Positions 59,361-64,000 of a stretch of DNA of 64,000 bases are shown in pieces. A model generated the notes under the pieces. The model searched no databases and had not been told where the DNA came from. It saw only the letters and a program-made list of their open reading frames with translations. Each line of letters begins with the position of its first letter. The first letter of the stretch is position 1. This DNA is from Camelus ferus (taxonomy: Eukaryota), in NCBI RefSeq assembly GCF_009834535.1, contig NC_045732.1:77872001-77936000 (forward strand), written 5' to 3'. The position numbers were made by a program, and so were the translations under genes.

Positions 59361-59484
59361 GCGGCCGAGAACCCCGGGCTCCCTCCCGAAGCCCCGCCCC
59401 CAGCGCTGACCCCCGCCCCGCCCGCGGCCGAGAAACCCCGGCTCCCCCGTGAAGCCCCGCCCCCGCGCTGACTCCGCCCCGCCC
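59361..59484. repeat. Imperfect ~62-bp tandem duplication in the LAGE3 promoter
   Basis: Units 59361-59423 and 59424-59484 both read GCGGCCGAGAA(A)CCCCGG(G)CTCCC..GAAGCCCCGCCCCC(A)GCGCTGAC(C/T)CCGCCCCGCCC. Confidence 0.9.
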
Positions 59485-60369
59485 GCCTGCGCAAGCGGTC
59501 CCTCCGCAGCCCCCTCCACCCTTGCCGACCCCACCCCCTTCCCCGCCAGACCACGTGTGAGGCCACCGGGTGCCTGGCCCGGTTCACGCCCTGTCCGTTC
59601 CCAACGTCCCCGAGACATGTGACTCCACATGGACGTGGAAGTGACTTGTGGAGGGGGGTGGGGTCGGATAGCCCCGGAGGGCTACCGCTCTGCACCCGGC
59701 CTCCGTCGCAGGTGTGAGCGGAAAAACCAAAGCAGGCGGTAAAGGAGCCGACCGGCCGGGCCGACCGGTTTGCTTTTTAGGAAGAACACTGAGTGGCTTG
59801 CGTGGACGTCGAGCCCGCCTGCGGGGACCCCCGCACAGAGGCAAGGAGAGAAATGACAGGGCCTGAACTAAAGTAGTGGCAGGGGAACAGGGCTAATGTC
59901 CTGTGTGGAACGTCAGAGTGCAAAACGAAAATCGCTGGGATCCCAATTCAGTGAGTGACTGTGGATGCGTATAGGAATCCCAGGACAACATGCCAGGGTG
60001 TAAAATTACTCGTTCTCTCTGTGTGACGCCATCGTGGGTGATTTTAACTTCTTTCTTCTGTCTCCCGGCAAGGTTTTGAGAGCGACCTTACGTGGCATTT
60101 TTCATCCAAAATAAGGTTTTAAAGTGACGTGAAATTTCCGATGCTGATAGGCCTGTTACTTTTCTATTGTCCTCCTTTGTAATCACAAGGAAGGACTTGA
60201 AGCTGAACTGGATCATCAAATCCTGTTGGATCTCCCCTCAAAGTAGGCCCTCAATCAGCCCACGTCCCTCCCTCTCCATTGCTAGTTCCCAGGGGCAGCC
60301 CCCGTACCTCCCCGAGCCCTTTGACAGCGTTCTGACTAGTTTTCCTCTATGCCTGCTCCTCTGCAGCCT

Positions 60370-60840
60370 GTCCTCCACACAGCAGAATCCGTTCTGAATG
60401 TCTAGCATAAGTCATGTCACACCGTGTCCCTGCTTAAAATCCTAAGACACTTTCCCTTGGCCCTTGGAATCAGATCCAAACTCCTTGTTGTGGCTTATAA
60501 AAGCCGGGTGTGACCTGGCTCCCAGCTCCTCCACCCTCTATCTCCACCTGCCTGCTTCCTCATTCTGTGCAGCCTCTGGGGCCTTCTCTCTGCTCCTGAT
60601 CAAGGGTGCCCCGCCCCCAGCCCTTTCCACTTACTTCTATTTGGAAGACTCTGTCCCCAGACTTTCCCATGGCTGGCTCCTTCTTGTCATTAGGATCTTG
60701 GCTCCAGTGTCGCTTCTGAGAGGCCTTCGGGGTCACCAATCTAGCACACTATCCCCAGGCACACTTCATCACATTTGCCCATTTCAGTTTGCTGCATTTC
60801 TAATAATCTGAAATTAAAACTTTGTTTTGTTCACGTCTAC
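60370..60840 (+). mobile_element. LINE-2 fragment
   Basis: AATCCGTTCTGAATGTCTAGCATAAGTCATGTCAC...CTGCTTAAAATCCT...GAATCAGATCCAAACTCCTTG...CAGGCACACTTC is typical of the L2 3' region. Confidence 0.65.
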
Positions 60841-63800
60841 GTTGTTGATGGTACCTTTTCAGTGCAGTTTATGCAATAGGTGGTGTGTTGCCTGCCAGCT
60901 GAAACAGTATTAAGTACAAGACTCAACCACTGCCTTGGGCCTAGCACTCCCACAGGTAGGCGGTTCCTTCACACATATGGAACAACCTATGCGCAAAGTT
61001 ACTCACTATAACATAATTCGTAATAGAAAACTGTTGGGTACAGGGCACATGCCCCACAGCAGCAGGGAGCTGGTGAAATTCATTATGGTACAGTAGTCCT
61101 AAGCAGCAGTAGAAAACCATGAAAATCTCTAGTGAAAATGAACTGATTTCCAGGATGTGTTGTTATGTGTAAAAAAAATCAGAATGCAAAGGACACACAC
61201 AGACACACGTACTTATTGGGGGGGAAAAAGATACAGGACAGACAGAGAACCTGGAAACTGATGAAAGTGACATGGGTATGGGACTTCCTGTAATACATCT
61301 TTTTGTGCAGTTTTTGACTTTGAACCATGTAAATGATTTATATGTTCAAAAGTATATTTGAAAGAGTGAAAAAAATCAAGTGCTTACACTGAATAAAAAC
61401 AAAAGCCAATGAGCCTAACTGCATGTCCAATCGATAACAGAACCACAGAGAGAAAATAAGTCTGGTACCTTTTAAACTCAGCCCTCTGTGCTCCCTTCAC
61501 GGGGTATATTCCAGGGACAGACAGCATTGGCTTTACTCTCAGTGTGTCTGTTGGTGGCGGTGACAGTGCTGAGATGACTGTGAAGCTGTCCGGGGTGCAC
61601 TTTAAGGTCGACTCTATCCGGTAGAGGAAGGGAGCAAGTACACCGACAGATCGAGCTGTGGGGAACATGGCTGTGGGATGAGGGGAGGTGACAAAGAAGT
61701 GTGAAGCTGGGTTGGAACTGGGGGTTGCAGTATGAACTCAGAAAATGTTTGCGAGTTTTGTCCAGTGCAAGAGTCTAGAAACAACGACACCCCAGTAGCA
61801 ATGAACGCACCCCGTACCAGACCTTGGTTCTCAACACCGTTCTCCACTGAAAGGAACCACAGCTCCTTGGAGAAATGGAGGATCCTAGGTTGGGAAAGGC
61901 AAAGGTCGCCTCCCACTTCCTGTCGTTGAAAGCCTGGCCACGTGCTGTTGCCATTTGTCCAGGGGAAATGTGGTTGCTGAGGGGCTGCTTGGTGTGGACG
62001 TGAGTGCTGAGAGGGAAGGCACTGTATCTTCCAGTCCCGTTGCTGCCAGCATCTGTTCCAGATGCTCAATGCATGTGTGATAAAAGGATGGAAATGAGGT
62101 GTCTGCACGGCAGCCGGGAGCTATCTCAGAGTCACATCACCAAGATGTGCCCTGAGACTCCTGAGAGAGTTTCTAGGAGTGAAGCCCAGAAGTGAAATGA
62201 AGCGGGACAAGCTGCCCTACGGAGTGATGTCAAGCCAGAAAGGGTCTGAGGGAAGCCTTGGAGCCCCTAACACTAAGAGGTGGGGCATGGTGGGGAAGAA
62301 CAAGCAAAGGAACCAGAGAAGGCGTGAGCAATGAAGTGGGAGAAAAAGCAGGCAAGTGAGGGCAGAAGAGGACAAGAGATGAGGAACTCCAGAGGCACTT
62401 GGTCACCCCAAGAGGGCTGTGTGGATGGGGGAGGCCACTCAGGCTGCACCCTGGAGGGGGCTGGGGGTTATTGCCTCTCCTGCAGGCTTTTCGAGGCCCA
62501 GATACTTGAGGCTCGCCACAGCTGTCGCATCTGCTCCTGGTGGGGCCCAGCCTGGCTGAGCATCGGTCCTGCGGGACCTACTGGAGTTGGTATGGCCCAG
62601 TTTCACCCAGGCTGCATAAAAACCTGCAAGATGCCAGCAAATTGTGGGCACAGCTCATCTGTCACCTAGGCAATTCCAACTCAACGATCCCCACCCCAAA
62701 GGAAACCCTGCTCTCGGTGGAGTCCACCCCTTCCCCTCTGCCCCTGGGAAGTGACAGCAGAAGCATCTTAGTTCCAGGTGCCAGACCGTTTGTGAGAGCT
62801 GGGCCCTTCACTCATCTCGCTGTCTCCCAGTGGCACTATGATTACAGTGGGCACTGCAAGCCACACCATATCCCTGGGGAACTGTCTCGAGGCCCCTCCA
62901 CAAGGGGCAGACAGGGGCCAGGGGACAGGAGGTAATGGGTGGGTCGGCATCCACCCCCGAGGCAGACAATGGGCTCAAGAAGCGGAGTGCCTGAGGGAAC
63001 CATTCCAGCCACCGTTGAAAGGTCTCAGCACCTCGGGCCTGCAGGTGCCTCTGGGCCACCCCCAGCATCCAAGGGCAAAGGCAGGGTCATCCCGTGCCCA
63101 TTCCATCTTCACAGGAGTGCCCAGTTTCCTTTCCTCCCGGGCCCCTTCCTACCTAGGCCCTCCCATCTCTCACCCTGCAGCATTTCCCCCTCTCCTGTCT
63201 TCTGTCCCCTGGCCTGGCCTGCCCATCCCTGCCCTGCCTTAGCAGACAAGCTTCTGGCAGGAGGGGTCCCCAGTCACTGCCATGGCCTCTCCCCCTCCCC
63301 ACCTCACAGCAGCTTCTTGCCCCACATTACCAATGACCTTCTTGTCACCAGCACCAGGGGAGGCTCTGTCCTGCCCTCATTTTGCTTCTGGGCAGCACTA
63401 GACAATCCCTGCCCTCCTGGAGGGGCTTCTTGGCTTCTGACACAAGCTCTCCCTGTCGCCTTGTGCTAGGGATGCTCCTTGGCCTCTACAGTGTCTGCAG
63501 CTGGTGAAGTTGCTTAAGGCCCAGCCCTCTCCCCTCTTTTCATGAAGCCATCTTATCTGTCCTTACAGCTCCTGGGACGTCGCGTCCACAGGTAACTCCT
63601 GAACCTCACAGAAGGCTGCTGAATCAGCGTGGGCCTAGCTCATAGTCAGTTTGGCCGGTGAGGTTCCTACCACACACTCTGAAGAGCCCACTCCATGTCC
63701 AGAGTCCCTGACCCCCGTGTCCAGCTGCTCAGCAGATGGCTCCCCACCATCAGATGGCTTTGTCACTCCCAAGCCAGGAGGCACCAGCACGAGGGACTCA

Positions 63801-63983
63801 ACCATCTATCTCTAGGGTCTGTCCAAAAGGCATATCTGTCCATGTCACTCCCCTGCACTGGGCCAGTCAGCCCTCCCTGAGGACCCGGCTTTTGTTGAGA
63901 ATCTCCCTCTCCCTCCCACAGCCCATCCCAGCCCCAGCCAAATGATGGAGGCACTGCCGGTTCTGACCAGTGAAAGGACAGCG

Positions 63984-63989
63984 TTTATT
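63984..63989 (-). terminator. Minus-strand AATAAA, probable polyadenylation signal of the next gene (UBL4A by synteny)
   Basis: TTTATT on the + strand at the window edge. In human, minus-strand UBL4A ends about 4-5 kb upstream of LAGE3, the same spacing as here. No UBL4A coding sequence lies in the window. Confidence 0.55.
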
Positions 63990-64000
63990 TGCTGGGTGCA

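Larger units (their letters stand above)
58500..59850 (-). promoter_or_regulatory. LAGE3 CpG island and promoter
   Basis: CpG-dense across exons 1-2 and upstream, with repeated CCCCGCCCC GC boxes (59391-59484) and an NRF1-like TGCGCAAGCG at ~59488. Confidence 0.75.

Noticed and set aside
58619-59695. 358-aa minus-strand ORF and other long Gly/Arg/Pro/Ala-rich ORFs over the CpG islands (16052-17145, 23076-23657, 39392-40326, 54551-55520)
   Set aside because: Stop-poor GC-rich sequence produces such ORFs by chance. They are low-complexity, often start at non-ATG codons and resemble no protein I recognise. The true exons lie in other frames or within them.

Overview
Mammalian genomic DNA syntenic with human Xq28. 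It is probably from a camelid, judging by seven copies of a Vic-1-like tRNA-derived SINE. It is a gapped draft assembly with N-runs at 830-1054, 1888-2180, 4105-4270 and 37061-37199. I reconstructed five protein-coding genes exon by exon from splice sites and phase. On the + strand these are ATP6AP1 (10 coding exons, 468 aa), GDI1 (11 exons, 447 aa), FAM50A (13 exons, 339 aa) and PLXNA3 (32 coding exons plus a non-coding first exon, about 1872 aa). LAGE3 (3 exons, 152 aa) is on the - strand. A minus-strand AATAAA at the right edge probably marks the 3' end of UBL4A. Intergenic DNA is mostly L1, L2, MIR, MaLR/MLT LTR, hAT DNA-transposon and SINE remnants. I found no prokaryote-type or wholly new multi-gene system; this is a known, conserved locus. 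Four anomalies stand out. (1) LAGE3 intron 1 looks like a minor-spliceosome (U12) intron but begins GC rather than GT (GCATCCTG...CCTTAAC...CAG). (2) PLXNA3 as written has one extra C in a C-run at the start of exon 23, which frameshifts the canonical splice product; this is most likely a homopolymer error. (3) A (CGG)11 repeat upstream of the GDI1 ATG reads as poly-Gly in frame with GDI1, with upstream near-cognate starts. (4) There is a ~62-bp tandem duplication in the LAGE3 core promoter. Gene identities rest on my recall of the human protein sequences. Repeat subfamily names and boundaries are approximate.
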